A stretch of DNA of 63,882 bases, filler included, from Octopus bimaculoides (taxonomy: Eukaryota), in the NCBI RefSeq assembly GCF_001194135.2. It is 7 parts of 6 records of this genome, joined end to end, with 100 filler letters (N's around TTAATTAATTAA, not from the genome) between each part and the next. Parts side by side here need not be neighbours in the genome. Positions count along the whole stretch, not along the records: positions 9,403 to 28,173 come from NC_068987.1; positions 28,274 to 30,555 come from NC_068983.1; positions 30,656 to 32,943 come from NW_026322569.1; positions 33,044 to 57,968 come from NC_068983.1; 3 more parts are not named here. The stretch is one strand, 5' to 3'. Both the position numbers and the translations under genes were made by a program. Positions 26,950 through 40,195 of this stretch are shown piece by piece (positions within the stretch are counted from its first letter, which is position 1; every line of letters begins with the position of its first letter). A model generated the notes under the pieces. The model saw only the letters and a program-made list of their open reading frames with translations, made no database searches and had not been told where the DNA came from.

Positions 26950-27750
26950 ACAGGGAGTGGAGGAGGGAAAGTAGAGGAACCAAAACAAGAGCAAAGGGGA
27001 ACATAAGGATAGGGAATTGAAAGATTGAAAGGAGAGGGAGGAGGAGGAGGGGAGGGGGGAGAAGAAGGGTAGAAGAAGAGGGAAGAGAAGGAGGAAGAGA
27101 AAGAGGAGGATGGGGAAGAGGAGGGGAAGGGAGAAGAAAGAAGACAAGAAGGTGAGAAGGAGGGGGAGGAGGATAAGAAGGAGGAGGAGGAGGATAAGAA
27201 GGAGGAGGAAGAGGAAAAGAAGGAGGAGGATAAAAAGGAGGAGGAGGAGGATAAGAGAGAGGAGGAGGAAGAGGATAAGAAGGAGGAGGAGGATAAGAAG
27301 GAGGAGGAGGAAGAGAAGAAGAAGAATGATAATAATAATAATAATGATAATAATAATAAGAAGAAGAAGAAGAAGAAGAAGAAGAAAGAAGAAGAAGAAG
27401 AAGAAGAAGAAGGAGAAGACGAAGAAGAAGGAGAAGTAGAAGAAGAAGAAGAAGAAGAAGAAGAAGAAGAAGAAAGAAGAGTTGAGGAGGAGGAAAAGAA
27501 AAAGGAGGAGAAGAAGAAGAAGAAGAAGAAGAAGAAGAAGAAGAAGAAGAAGAAGAAGAAGAAGAAGAAGAAGAAGAGCAACAACAACAGCAGCAGCAGC
27601 AGCAGCCAAAGGGAAATGCTGACCAACCAGGGTTGGAAGAAAGGAAAAAGAGAGATTACAAAAGGAAATTGGTGAAGATGAAGAAGAAGAGGAGAAAGAA
27701 AAAAAAACAAAGGAAGGCAGAAACAGGAAGAAAAGAGAAGCTTATTGAAG
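26950..27750. repeat. About 800-bp purine-rich (GGA)n/(GAA)n tract
   Basis: The plus strand is almost entirely A/G. Confidence 0.95.
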
Positions 27751-28702
27751 ATTGCCGCCAGTGGCAAAAGAAATAACCAAAAGGCTCCTTCATCCTTAGT
27801 TCCATGGAGGAACCAACCGAGGAACAACCGGAATCGGCAGCTTTGTAAGTAAAAGTCAATTGTGTTTATTGGAGTGTGAAGAATTTTAATGCGTATGTGG
27901 AGTTTTATGGCTGGTTTCCTTGGCAGAAGTTGAATATAAAGTTGAAAATAGTATCAGTGGTAGATTTTGATTAATTGGTTATTGTGAAAAAGAAGGAAGG
28001 AACGTGGTGGTGGTCGTGGTGGGCAGGGAGGGAGGAGAGGCTGAGAGAGGCTGGAGCATATGGGCTTGTTGCTTACGACTGGAAGAATGGTGCATTGCAA
28101 CACATATGTACAAACATACGTATGTAATACATACATACACATATATATAAATACATACACACATACATATATANNNNNNNNNNNNNNNNNNNNNNNNNNN
28201 NNNNNNNNNNNNNNNNNTTAATTAATTAANNNNNNNNNNNNNNNNNNNNNNNNNNNNNNNNNNNNNNNNNNNNGATATACGTCGGGCTTCTTTCAGCTTC
28301 CGTCTACCAAATCCACTCACAAGGCTTTAGTCGGCCCGCGACCATGTTAGAAGATATTTGCCCAAGGTGCCACGCAGTGGTCCTGAACTCGGAGTCACGT
28401 CGTTAGGAAGCAAGCTTCCTGCCATGCACCCACGCCTGGAATATAAGTCTGTAGCTTTCCACACACCATCCTGTGATACACCTAAACACACGATCAGCGA
28501 TGTTTCTTGCAAACATTATGTGTTTCGGTCTTCGAACATCAGATAACTTCACTCTTGCGCCCCGACCGGGATTGATCAAGTCCCAGCTTGTGTGAATTTG
28601 TGTCCGTATATATCTATGTGTGTGCGTGTGTGTGCATGTGTGTATATCCATGTGTGTGTATCTGTGTGTGTGTGTGTGTGCGTGTGAAGGTGCGTGGTTT
28701 AA

Positions 28703-28902
28703 CCCTTTTGCATTCAGATTATTTTGTTAAATATTCTGATTATTTATTTAGATTGGTTTAAATTAATTATGCATTAACCCATAGCTTTCACATTACATTG
28801 ATGTGATCGTTTAGTTTGAGAATGACCTTGTAGGATAGGTGTGAGAGGCTGGATCTGGCTAGAATATTTGGGACTGATATAACCGGCTTAAATACTGAAG
28901 GG
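28703..28902. mobile_element. piggyBac-like MITE (TTAA flanks) inserted in a SINE head
   Basis: TTAA|CCCTTTTGCATT ... AATACTGAAGGG|TTAA. SINE A-box-like and B-box-like pieces lie on either side. Confidence 0.75.
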
Positions 28903-29296
28903 TTAAGGCAGTGCACTCTCGATCGCAAGATAGTAGTTTCAATTCCCGGATCAGGCGATGCGTTGTGCTCCTCAGTAAAATATTTCATGTCCCGTTGGTC
29001 TGCGATTGCTTCTACATCTGACGTGTGGCCAACCAAGGCCTTGTGAGTGTATTTGGTTGACAGTAACGGATGGAAGCCCACCACTGCTTAACAACCGTTG
29101 TTGGTTTGTTTACGTCCCTCTAAACTATCGGTTTGACAAAACAGACCGATAGAATAAGCACCAGGCTTAAAAATTAAGAACCAAACCCTCCAAGGACGTG
29201 CCCCAGTATGGCTGCAGTCCAATGATTGGAACAAATAAAAGATGAAAATATGAAGCGCAGGCATCAGCAAACTATGGCAACGGCCGGACATAGATC

Positions 29297-29617
29297 AAAC
29301 GTTATACTGGATCAGTGCAAGGAAATTTTAAACCCACATACAACAACCTTCTTTCAACCTTTAGAAACACCGAGAAGAAATATGCAATGACCCTCTCGAC
29401 ATTAATCTGGAAACTTAAGGTCAAGAAAGTCAGAAACAACCACATAGAGAATATCCTTTCGAAGACCAAACTCTATACTAAAGGATCAAAAACATGTTCT
29501 GTATTCTTGCTAAAAAAACCTACATCTTTAAAAAACAAAAACTTAATAACATCCAGTGTCTGTGTAAATACCAGGGGTGACATTTTTCTTTTTGCCCGCA
29601 TTTTGGATATGTCTTAG
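29297..29617 (+). pseudogene. Penelope-like element GIY-YIG endonuclease remnant
   Basis: RYTGSVQGNFKPTYNNLLSTFRNTEKKYAMTLSTLIWKLK...KLYTKGSKTCS. Includes the YIG-like YTG motif, FKxRYNNH-like and TLSxxIWKLK motifs. Confidence 0.8.
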
Positions 29618-29962
29618 CAGAAATTAAGGATAAACCACTGAACACATCAAAGACCATTCTATGTTGGTCAATAAGATTTTGATATTCGGAAGGCACTGGT
29701 TATACTTGTTGTGAAGTTAATTATCTCCCCTGTGTTTCTCTCAGTCTTTTACTAAATGCATGTACGCATTAAAACGTTGACTGCATCGTGCGCAGTTAAC
29801 CGGTTTGTCGTTTTTAACAGCTTAATAAATGTCGAAATAAATTGATATTTCGAACAGGAAACCCTAGGAAAAAGTATTTCACAAGGCTTTTTGTAGTTTT
29901 TTATTATAATAATATTATTCTCTTAACTGAGTGCTATACTACTCGTCGAAAATCTTACCGCA

Positions 29963-29963
<1 letters not shown>

Positions 29964-30061
<98 letters not shown>

Positions 30062-30070
30062 TGTGTGTGT
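29964..30070. repeat. (TG)n microsatellite
   Basis: Directly visible. Confidence 0.95.
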
Positions 30071-30329
30071 ATGTATACAACGTCACACCACCCCACACCA
30101 CTCCGCACACACTAGAACTAACCACTTCCAAGCACCCACACCATCATCCACATACCCACACATTACAGATGCTCCCACACACGCACACATCCACACGTCA
30201 AAGTCACCAGCTCCTATCCACACACGCACACACTTATACGCTCTCATATACACACACGCACGCGCACTTTCGTTTTGGGATTATCAGTACTTTATTATCT
30301 CCCCTTCTTCCTCATTCTCCTGCCTAACT

Positions 30330-30545
30330 ACTTTTGTCCAACCAGTCGCCATGATTGACCGCTAACTCCAAAAGTTTTTTATTTTTTTATTGTCTCTTTT
30401 TATTTCCTCATGTTCCTTTCTGCTGAAGAACGTAGGCTCGAAGCGTAAAACACTTTCTCACCTTCCAGAGCGTCAAACTAATACACCTACTTGTTGTTTA
30501 TACACCTGTCTTCGTCTTTTGCTTTTCTGTAAATTTCAACTATAT
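30330..30545 (+). mobile_element. PLE pseudo-LTR-like tail with a degenerate hammerhead core, ending in (TA)n
   Basis: CTGAAGA-ACGTAGGCTC-GAAG-CGTA at 30424-30448 in a pyrimidine-rich tail running into (TA)n, about 800 nt downstream of the 29.3 kb PLE remnant. GAAA is mutated and stem I is not evident. Confidence 0.4.
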
Positions 30546-30662
30546 ATATATATATNNNNNNNNNNNNNNNNNNNNNNNNNNNNNNNNNNNNNNNNNNNNT
30601 TAATTAATTAANNNNNNNNNNNNNNNNNNNNNNNNNNNNNNNNNNNNNNNNNNNNAGATAGA

Positions 30663-30694
<32 letters not shown>

Positions 30695-32010
30695 TAGATA
30701 TAGATGTGCGCGAGTCGTACATAGGCTGAATGGTAAGAAGCTTGATTCCCAACCACATCGTTCCGGGTTCGTCCCACTGCATGACACCTCGGGCAAGTGG
30801 ATTCTACTATAGCCTCGGGCCGACCAAAATGTTGAGTGGATTTGGTAGACAGAAACTGGAAGAAACCTGTTGTATGTATATATATATATATATNNNNNNN
30901 NNNNNNNNNNNNNNNNNNNNNNNNNNNNNNNNNNNNNNNNNNNNNNNNNNNNNNNNNNNNNNNNNNNNNNNNNNNNNNNNNNNNNNNNNNNNNNNNNNNN
31001 NNNNNNNNNNNNNNNNNNNNNNNNNNNNNNNNNNNNNNNNNNNNNNNNNNNNNNNNNNNNNNNNNNNNNNNNNNNNNNNNNNNNNNNNNNNNNNNNNNNN
31101 NNNNNNNNNNNNNNNNNNNNNNNNNNNNNNNNNNNNNNNNNNNNNNNNNNNNNNNNNNNNNNNNNNNNNNNNNNNNNNNNNNNNNNNNNNNNNNNNNNNN
31201 NNNNNNNNNNNNNNNNNNNNNNNNNNNNNNNNNNNNNNNNNNNNNNNNNNNNNNNNNNNNNNNNNNNNNNNNNNNNNNNNNNNNNNNNNNNNNNNNNNNN
31301 NNNNNNNNNNNNNNNNNNNNNNNNNNNNNNNNNNNNNNNNNNNNNNNNNNNNNNNNNNNNNNNNNNNNNNNNNNNNNNNNNNNNNNNNNNNNNNNNNNNN
31401 NNNNNNNNNNNNNNNNNNNNNNNNNNNNNNNNNNNNNNNNNNNNNNNNNNNNNNNNNNNNNNNNNNNNNNNNNNNNNNNNNNNNNNNNNNNNNNNNNNNN
31501 NNNNNNNNNNNNNNNNNNNNNNNNNNNNNNNNNNNNNNNNNNNNNNNNNNNNNNNNNNNNNNNNNNNNNNNNNNNNNNNNNNNNNNNNNNNNNNNNNNNN
31601 NNNNNNNNNNNNNNNNNNNNNNNNNNNNNNNNNNNNNNNNNNNNNNNNNNNNNNNNNNNNNNNNNNNNNNNNNNNNNNNNNNNNNNNNNNNNNNNNNNNN
31701 NNNNNNNNNNNNNNNNNNNNNNNNNNNNNNNNNNNNNNNNNNNNNNNNNNNNNNNNNNNNNNNNNNNNNNNNNNNNNNNNNNNNNNNNNNNNNNNNNNNN
31801 NNNGTGGAGGTGGTGGTGGTGGTGGTGGTGGTGGTACTGGTGGTGCGGAGGAGGAGGAGACGTTTGGGTTGGGAATATATGAGTGGGAGTGAGACGAGCT
31901 AGCCAGCTCCTAGGAGCAGAATCTTTTGTAGTAGCAGCGGAAAAGTTTGAGAGATGAGACATGGCCCTTTGGACTCGGTGGTTGCAATACTTGCCTGTGA
32001 GTTTACATAA

Positions 32011-32230
32011 CCCTTCAGCGTTCAAATTACTCTGCCAAATGTAATGCTTATTTATTCATATTTTTTTCAATTAATCATGTAATGTCTCGTAGTTTTTAGA
32101 TTTGGATGAGGCTACTGTCAATTTTTAGAATGGCATTGTTGTGTAGGTGTGAGGGGTTAGATCAGACCCAGTTTGAATATAAAACAAGAAGCATATTTTG
32201 GTTGGATATGGCTGGTTTAAATGCTAACGG
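32011..32230. mobile_element. Second, more decayed copy of the piggyBac-like MITE
   Basis: TAA|CCCTTCAGCGTTCAAATTACTCTG..TTTTAGAATGGCATTG..GTAGGTGTGAG..GGATATGGCTGGTTTAAATGCTAACGG, similar to 28703-28902. Confidence 0.6.
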
Positions 32231-33043
32231 CTTTGCAGTCGAGTTGGTATTTTTTGGATGCGGTCTTAGATGCCTAGTTTTGCAGTCTGAAATGTAACGT
32301 GTTGCATTGAATGAGCTTGCGCGGGCGTACGTGTTTGTTCGTGCGTGTGTGTGAGAAAGAATATGTATGCATGTGTGTGTTTGCGTGCGTCTTCAAGAGA
32401 GACAGAGAGAGAAAGACAGAGAGAAAAAGAGTATGCTGGATCATTATGGAAACCTTCAGCGATATGAATTTTGCCTAATTTAGTCCTCTGTTTGGAGACT
32501 TAATCCTTCTAAACTGAAAAAATTATTAAATCTTTAAAGTCATAATAAACTCCTGTGGTTCATAATTTTCAAAATGTCCACTATCATTAAGCATCCAAAC
32601 CGTGATGCGATTATGAAGTTCTAGAAATATATTTTGCAGTTAATTCCCAGTCATGGCTTGAATCACATTAGTTACCCTTGCCCACAAGCCGTCTTTAGAA
32701 CCAGGTTTATTTGAATAAAACACTAGTCTTTACATATCCCCCATAAAATAAAGCAGAAGTATTCGTTTTTCATTCTGTTTAGAAATTGATATATTTTAGA
32801 TTCATGGAGTTTCTAAAAACTCATTACAAATTTCTTCTCTCACATATAGAACTAAATTTATAGATATTTAATTTCGCTCAGAAGTGGACACACTTAAATT
32901 GCTACACATCCTCCAGCAGATATATATATATATATATATATATNNNNNNNNNNNNNNNNNNNNNNNNNNNNNNNNNNNNNNNNNNNNTTAATTAATTAAN
33001 NNNNNNNNNNNNNNNNNNNNNNNNNNNNNNNNNNNNNNNNNNN

Positions 33044-33092
<49 letters not shown>

Positions 33093-34007
33093 CATACATA
33101 CATACATACATACATACATACATGCATGCATACATATGTATATACACACGCGTGAGTGTGAGCATGCGAGTATACGCAGATATGCGTGTACGCGAGTATG
33201 TATGTGATAAATGTGCATGCATATTTATTTGTATATGTTTGTGCATGTGTGGACAACATCATTAAATCGATGTAGTAAATAATGCTGGAAAGAAATATAA
33301 ATAACCCAAATTTGCTTTTTGCGACAATAAAAAGTCGAGCACCAGAACTACCAGGCATTAAGATATTGTATAATGCACGCTGTTATATGAAACTGAAATC
33401 TGAGGCAAATAAAACTTTTGCTGCAGTAGTGTTTAAGCAAAATCTAATATAGGGCAAGTGTACAACTATTTAAAGTTGTCAAAATCAGTCAGTTGAAATA
33501 GGAAGCGTACGTACCATAGGAAACGAAAAGAATATGGGAACATTAAGCACAAATTGGAGTAGGTTTTGATCGTTCTTATTAAAGTTGTTTGGCTCCACTT
33601 CAGTCCTAATTGAATAAATCTGGTATCAAAGTCATGACCATCCTGCTTTTCATATCTTGGAATACGTTGTGTAAAGTTTTTTTTTTTTCCTTTTTTTAAG
33701 ACAGTAGAATGTGATGAAATAATTGTTAATTTTTATGACATGTACAGCCTTGTACCAAAAATTTTAAATCAATATTTATAACAAGTCGAATCGTAGATTA
33801 TGGAGGAGGGTGGCAGGAACGAAATGCACTGAAAAGATCGAATCCGTGAAAAAAAACTATACTAATATGTTTCAAATGCAGATTTGTCCTACGGTAACAC
33901 GTTTCAAAGTTTAGTTACCCTATTTTCACACTCTCTAGCAACAGTTTACCGGACTATGGTCTTCACCGCAACTGTCACATTGTGTGTGTGTGTGCTCGCA
34001 CATGCAT

Positions 34008-34072
<65 letters not shown>

Positions 34073-34589
34073 AGGTGAGCGACATTTTATCAGCCCACAA
34101 CCTGCCCCTTTTATATCTGTCTCTAATAAATAAATATATATCTTCTTTCTAGAATTCCTCATTAACTCCACCATCACTAACTTGATTCTTAATTGTTTGA
34201 GCTTGCATCATGATGCAGTTCCTAGCCGTAAATATTAAGTCACGTCAAGGTAGTCGAAGCTTGTTTATATTTTTGTAATATTTTTGTAATATTTATGCCA
34301 GACTAGTTGATCTAGTCACAATGGCACAATGGACACGGCAATAGCAACTACCATATACAACACACCATTTCTTATGTTACTCTTATGTTACCCTAGGTGT
34401 CTTTTAGTTTTGTATTTTACATTATGGATTCAAGAGAGTAATAATCAAACGGAAAAGTATGGCGGGGGTCAGCCTCTGAACAAGAAAGTGAAACTTTTTT
34501 TTAATAGAAGCTGGTGTTTCAAAGATAAAAGTGTCCTAAAGAAAAATACACTTCATATTCTTTGAAATATAAGGTGCAAATACTAAATA

Positions 34590-36180
34590 TTCATCTGCTG
34601 GTGCAAGAAAGTATATGAGAATTGAAATAGATTCGAATCTTAATGAGTCAATGACAAAGCGGATTTTCCACCAACGATCCTGTGATAGCAACGTCGGTGA
34701 TGGAGAAATGAAAAGTGCTGCTCTCTGGGCTATTTAGGCACACAGGCATCGAGAATTTCGCAACTTATGATGGCTTATTACGAGGGGTTAGAAACTTAAA
34801 TGGAATCGGTCATAAAATACATAATAAAAATATGGTGAGGTTAGCTGTGTACCAACAGAGGAAGTCATACTATTCAAGTTGTTAAATGACGTGATTAATT
34901 GTAAAGGGCTCTTAATTTCCTATTTTAAGAATGATCGTAAATTAAGTACGGAGCGTTTTTCCACACTGTGCTGAGCGAACGTACTCAGTATGCGGTATTG
35001 AAAGTTTGTGATGGTGGAAAGTCAAGTACGCTCATGAATTTTGAAAGACATAATACATCAACGGATCTATTTCAAAACGGGGGCACTAGTTTTCATTTAT
35101 GTTTTATGTAGTGTTTTTGGTACCGAAAGACTTTCAAACTTCGTATACTTATCTATTTTGTATTATAGAACAGAAAAATTTTTTTGTATTCGAATTTATT
35201 TCATGTAAAAAATTGTCTTATTTCGATAATTTCTACTAATCACTGACGTCTATTCAGTTGAAAACAGTTAGCGCTGTAACGGTGTATATCGTATTAATCC
35301 CCTAACCCTAACCCTAACCCTAACTAGACTGTTAACCCTAACCCTAACCCTAACTCTAGAATCCGAACTCTAAAATTGTTAGACACATAGATACGCACAG
35401 CGTAATTTATTATATAAACAATATATGCGTATAAATTACGATTAAACCGGATGAAATATGTCACAGGGAATAACATTTTTATGACCGCACAGCAGTAACT
35501 CTATTCAGCTGAATAGACGTCAGTGATTGGTTGAAATTACAGAAATACGACAACTTTAACATGGAATAACTTGCGATGTACATTTTTTTGTTAAGAAGAC
35601 TAAGAGTAAAAGATGTTTTATATGACACATTCTACCAGTGTCCCAAGTTTCAAAGTGTTTCGTTAGTGTTTCGTTAAGAAAATACTGGTGCCCCGTTTTG
35701 AAATAGATCCACATCAACTACCAGCGTACTATTACTATTCTAAGAAATTGTAGTCAGCACATAGTTTTTCATACATTTCATTCCCGCAGACTATAAATAG
35801 CAAGCTGTTCTAAATCTTTCTACGCATGAGGTGAAGGTACTATTAATTTTAAACAATGCACATGCTCATCCAACTAAACACCAACTTGTTAGTATTGACG
35901 ATAAAATAAGGTATGGTTTTACCATCTTGTATTATCTACGATCCTGCCCAATGTATCAAGATATAATTGTAGTTTGCAAGAAATTATACCAACGAAACTA
36001 TTTAAGTTTTCGTGGTGATAGAAGAGAACGCTTTTAGAAAAGACAACGAAGACTAAGCATTCACGAGAAGGCCAAGAACTACAAACTCACGTCTGTAACA
36101 TTCAGCATTGCAGATTTATGAAAGCTATAGAAGTTTACCCCTCCAAGTAATGCTTGGAAAACCTTCTGCATGATGCGGGG
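34590..36180 (+). pseudogene. pogo/Tigger-family transposase pseudogene (CENP-B HTH plus DDE), split by a MITE
   Basis: NLNESMTKRIFHQRS and GIENFATYDGLLRG (HTH); LC*ANV..LKDIIHQ|LPAY joins in frame across the MITE; KVLLILNNAHAHPTKHQLVSIDDKI..CPMYQDIIVVCKKLYQRNYL matches LLxLDNAPxHP..QPMDQGII..KxxY; ..SNAWK. Confidence 0.8.
35063..35710. mobile_element. Complete 648-bp non-autonomous DNA transposon (Merlin-like by GG termini and 8-bp TSD) with internal (TAACCC)n
   Basis: TIR GGATCTATTTCAAAACGGGG(G)CAC at both ends, perfect TSD ACATCAAC (35055-35062 and 35711-35718), long imperfect inverted arms, telomere-type repeats at about 35300-35355. Confidence 0.85.
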
Positions 36181-37451
36181 ACAGATCAGAAGACAAGTGA
36201 AACAGGTAGCACAAAAGACGTTGTCAGAATCTGGCTAGAGGACACAGAGGGGGACACTAGATAGTGAGGAGAGTAAACAGAAGAAGCAATAGCGGCGACA
36301 GAAGATAGTAAGGCCGGTGAAGGCGACGAGCCACGATTGCTCAAAAACTTAAACTTTCTGTTGTACAAGAAACATTTGATGATGTAATTTCGTACATTGA
36401 CTTTCTTTAAAGGAACTCATTATCTAGACGCAGTAACAAACAGCAAGTTCAAGAACTGAACCTCGCTTCATTCTTCAAACCAATTCTTCCCACAGTTTGT
36501 TAAGCCTTCTAATGATACTAATGACCGATTTGCTTTTGACATAGTTTCTCCTCAAACACTTCAGATGTCTTCGAGTGGATGATAACTCCACGAGGGTCAT
36601 CATAGCTCTAATTTAGGCACAAGGGCAGCAATTTTTAAGGGCAGTGGGACTAGACAATACCACTAATCCCAGTATAATGCCGATAAATTTTTCTATTGAC
36701 TTCAAAAGAATGAAAGTGACTTCGGCGAGATTTGAGCTCAGAACGCATAAACCAGTAACAAATTCTGCAAAGCATTTTTCCAACGCTTCAACAAATCTGC
36801 CAGTTCGTCGCCTTCACTCTACTCACAACGACAAAGTATTACCTGTATCCCCTCTAATATATCAAGCTTCTATCTTCTACCGTAGGTGAGTAAAATCAAC
36901 TCTTTACGGTACTAAATTTTTGATTCTTACTTGCTATAATTTTATAAAATGGATATTTACACATTTTGTGTAATTATATGATGTTTACAGTATTTTTTGT
37001 AACTTTATTGATGTTTATTACGTTCAGTATACAGTGTTTATATCCTAAATATAAATGCCCACAATATTAACCCTACTTCATCGGTTAACTCGGACAGTTA
37101 ATTGGAATAGATGTCCACCCTAATTATTCATACAATCCAACGATAGCTCACTGTGTTTGTGCAGCGCCGGCAATAGGAAGGGTGGGGCCAAAATAGAGAA
37201 TCGTCAGTGGTGCCCTCTACAAAAGCTGAAGATTGTTGTTTTATGCTTCCTGTAGTATGCCAGTCCCATCCAAAACGCGTTGAGGTCTTGAGGCTCCACC
37301 AATATGCACAATGATATACTAAACATTCATCATAGTGATCTCCGCTCGAGTGTGTGTACTGGGTACGTTTTGGCATGGGGCCCAATTTGAACATATCTGT
37401 CTAATTGGCTTAAAACCGGCGCGCGGGAGTGCGTGCGTGCATGCGCGTGTG

Positions 37452-37830
37452 TAGGCGCAATGGCTCAGTGGTTAGGGCAGCGGACACGCGGTCATAGGAT
37501 CGCGGTTTCGATTCCCAGACCGGGCGTTATGAGTGTTTATTGAGCGAAAACACCTAAAGCTCCACGAGGCTTCGGCGGGGGATGGTGGTGAACCCTGATG
37601 TACTCTTTCACCACAACTTTCTCTCACTCTTACTTCCTGTTTCTGTTGTGCCTGTAATTCAAAGGATCAGCCTTGTCACACTGTGTCACGCTGAATATCC
37701 CCGAGAACTACGTTAAGGGTACACGTGTCTGTGGAATGCTCAGCCACTTGTACGTTAATTTCACGAGCAGGCTGTTCCGTTGATCGGATCAACTGGAACC
37801 CTCGACGTTGTAAGCGACGGAGTGCCAACA
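37452..37830 (+). mobile_element. Full-length young tRNA-derived SINE (family C)
   Basis: A box TGGCTCAGTGG, B box GGTTTCGATTCC, CpG-rich body ending GACGGAGTGCCAACAA. Confidence 0.85.
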
Positions 37831-38867
37831 ATAGAATTAACTGAGCACAGCACTGAATTTTCCGTGATTTTTTTATATGTATCTCTTCATTCTGAGTTCC
37901 AGAGACTTTGATGTAGTCGCCTATTCTCTTGCACAAAATATGTAAAACATGAAGTAATGTGAGACACCATTATTATGATGAAATTAGTACTTTCCTATTT
38001 GAAATAAATTTGACAGTTGTTGAATGAAGGCAATCAAGTGACACTGTTAACGTCCCACACACACACACACACCAGATGGCAGCATATAATGGACAATAAT
38101 TCTCTATTTATGCTCTTAGCAAGTTTAGTAAAGCTTATTGTATTTTTTTAAAATTTGTATTTTAGCACAGGGAATCAAGTTTAGACAAGAAAAGAATAGG
38201 ATGTCGTATAAAATTGGCCAACAATACGTTTGAACAATTCATAGATAGGAATATGTGTGCGTCTTCTTCCGTTGCTGAATAGACTTATATTGAAGTCAGA
38301 GTAATAAAACATAAAGCTTTGTGAAGGAGTGGGGGATGAATTATACACGTGACAGACCACATACCCCTGGCATATTTGATATTTCAGCGTAGGCAGGGGA
38401 ATGTTTGGACCGTCGAGTCAAAAAGCAAATTTTCAATCTTGTGACACCTGGCAGAAAAAAAAAATTAAAAATAGAAAAAAAGAATTGAACACTTTCGGTG
38501 AGATGCTTTCAAGCTCATTTTCCCTTGTGCCCCCCACCCCACTACCGTAGTTTTTAAAATTAGACGTGTCTTTAAGATAAAACTTTAAAACTGCCATCAA
38601 AGCATGCGTCTATGTTGACTCGTGTTTCAGAATAAAATGTTCGTGTAGGTAAGAGATGAATCTACCGGTTTCGCAATCCAGCCAGAAAACCTCTACGCTG
38701 TCATTAGGCGTACTAGAAATAACATCCATATTCTCCCTCGAATCACACTAACATCTTAAATAGGACATATATCTAGAACTACATCATGTCTTTTCCACGT
38801 TGTCTTCATAAAGGAGGGGATGCTACAGCTATAGTGACTTTGCTCAGAGGTCTGCTTGATCATGACT

Positions 38868-39184
38868 GTTGTTGGCACTCCGTCGCTTACGACGTCGAAG
38901 GTTCCAGTTGATCCGATCAACGGAACAGCCTGCTCGTGAAATTAACGTGCAAGTGGCTGAGCATTCCACAGACACGTGTACCCATAACGTAGTTCTCGGG
39001 GTTATTCAGCGTGACACAATGAGACAAGGCTGACCCTTTGAATTACAGGCACAACAGAAACAGAAAGTAAGAGTGAGAGAAAGTTGTGGTGAAAGAGTAC
39101 AGTAGGGTTCGCTACCATCCCCTGCCGAAGCCTCGTGGATCCTTAGGTGTTTTCGCTCAATAAACACTCACAACGCCCGGTCTG
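38868..39184 (-). mobile_element. Inverted copy of SINE family C (head lost in N gap)
   Basis: Reverse complement of about 37515-37830 with high identity by eye. Confidence 0.85.
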
Positions 39185-39959
39185 NNNNNNNNNNNNNNNN
39201 NNNNNNNNNNNNNNNNNNNNNNNNNNNNNNNNNNNNNNNNNNNNNNNNNNNNNNNNNNNNNNNNNNNNNNNNNNNNNNNNNNNNNNNNNNNNNNNNNNNN
39301 NNNNNNNNNNNNNNNNNNNNNNNNNNNNNNNNNNNNNNNNNNNNNNNNNNNNNNNNNNNNNNNNNNNNNNNNNNNNNNNNNNNNNNNNNNNNNNNNNNNN
39401 NNNNNNNNNNNNNNNNNNNNNNNNNNNNNNNNNNNNNNNNNNNNNNNNNNNNNNNNNNNNNNNNNNNNNNNNNNNNNNNNNNNNNNNNNNNNNNNNNNNN
39501 NNNNNNNNNNNNNNNNNNNNNNNNNNNNNNNNNNNNNNNNNNNNNNNNNNNNNNNNNNNNNNNNNNNNNNNNNNNNNNNNNNNNNNNNNNNNNNNNNNNN
39601 NNNNNNNNNNNNNNNNNNNNNNNNNNNNNNNNNNNNNNNNNNNNNNNNNNNNNNNNNNNNNNNNNNNNNNNNNNNNNNNNNNNNNNNNNNNNNNNNNNNN
39701 NNNNNNNNNNNNNNNNNNNNNNNNNNNNNNNNNNNNNNNNNNNNNNNNNNNNNNNNNNNNNNNNNNNNNNNNNNNNNNNNNNNNNNNNNNNNNNNNNTTT
39801 TAAACAATAATTTGCGAGAAATGGGGGCGGGGACAGGAGGAAGTCTTTCCGAAAATAGTAGCTGAAAAACAGGGGGAAAAAAACCCCTAAAAGCAGTAGA
39901 AATGCAATATGCCATAAATAACAGTGACAAACGAAATATACACCGCCGGACGTTGTTGT

Positions 39960-40195
39960 TGACAAACAATAGCAGTAATTTTATTCAGCTGAATACACAC
40001 GTCATTGATTGGTTGAAATTACCGAAATACGACAACTTTAACACGAAATAACTTCGTAAATAGAAACTTTTCTCAACAACGCTAGGAGTAAAAGATGCTC
40101 TATATGACACATTCTACCAGTATACGACGTTTCAAATTGTTTAGTTAACGAGTGTTTAGTTATTGTTTAGAAAGTTAATTAATCGAACTGCCCAT
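39960..40195. mobile_element. Arm fragment related to the 35063-35710 element
   Basis: Shares TATTCAGCTGAATA..GATTGGTTGAAATTAC..GAAATACGACAACTTTAACA..GAGTAAAAGATG..ATGACACATTCTACCAGT with 35500-35645. Confidence 0.7.

Noticed and set aside
26616-27827. 403-aa and 277-aa minus-strand ORFs with poly-L/F/S
   Set aside because: Translations of (GAA)n/(GGA)n repeats with no domain content.
35300-35355. Telomere or chromosome-fusion relic
   Set aside because: The short (TAACCC)n run is internal to a TSD-bounded transposon.
37452-37520. tRNA genes (A/B boxes here and at 24.7 and 19.5 kb)
   Set aside because: They are SINE heads with no complete cloverleaf.
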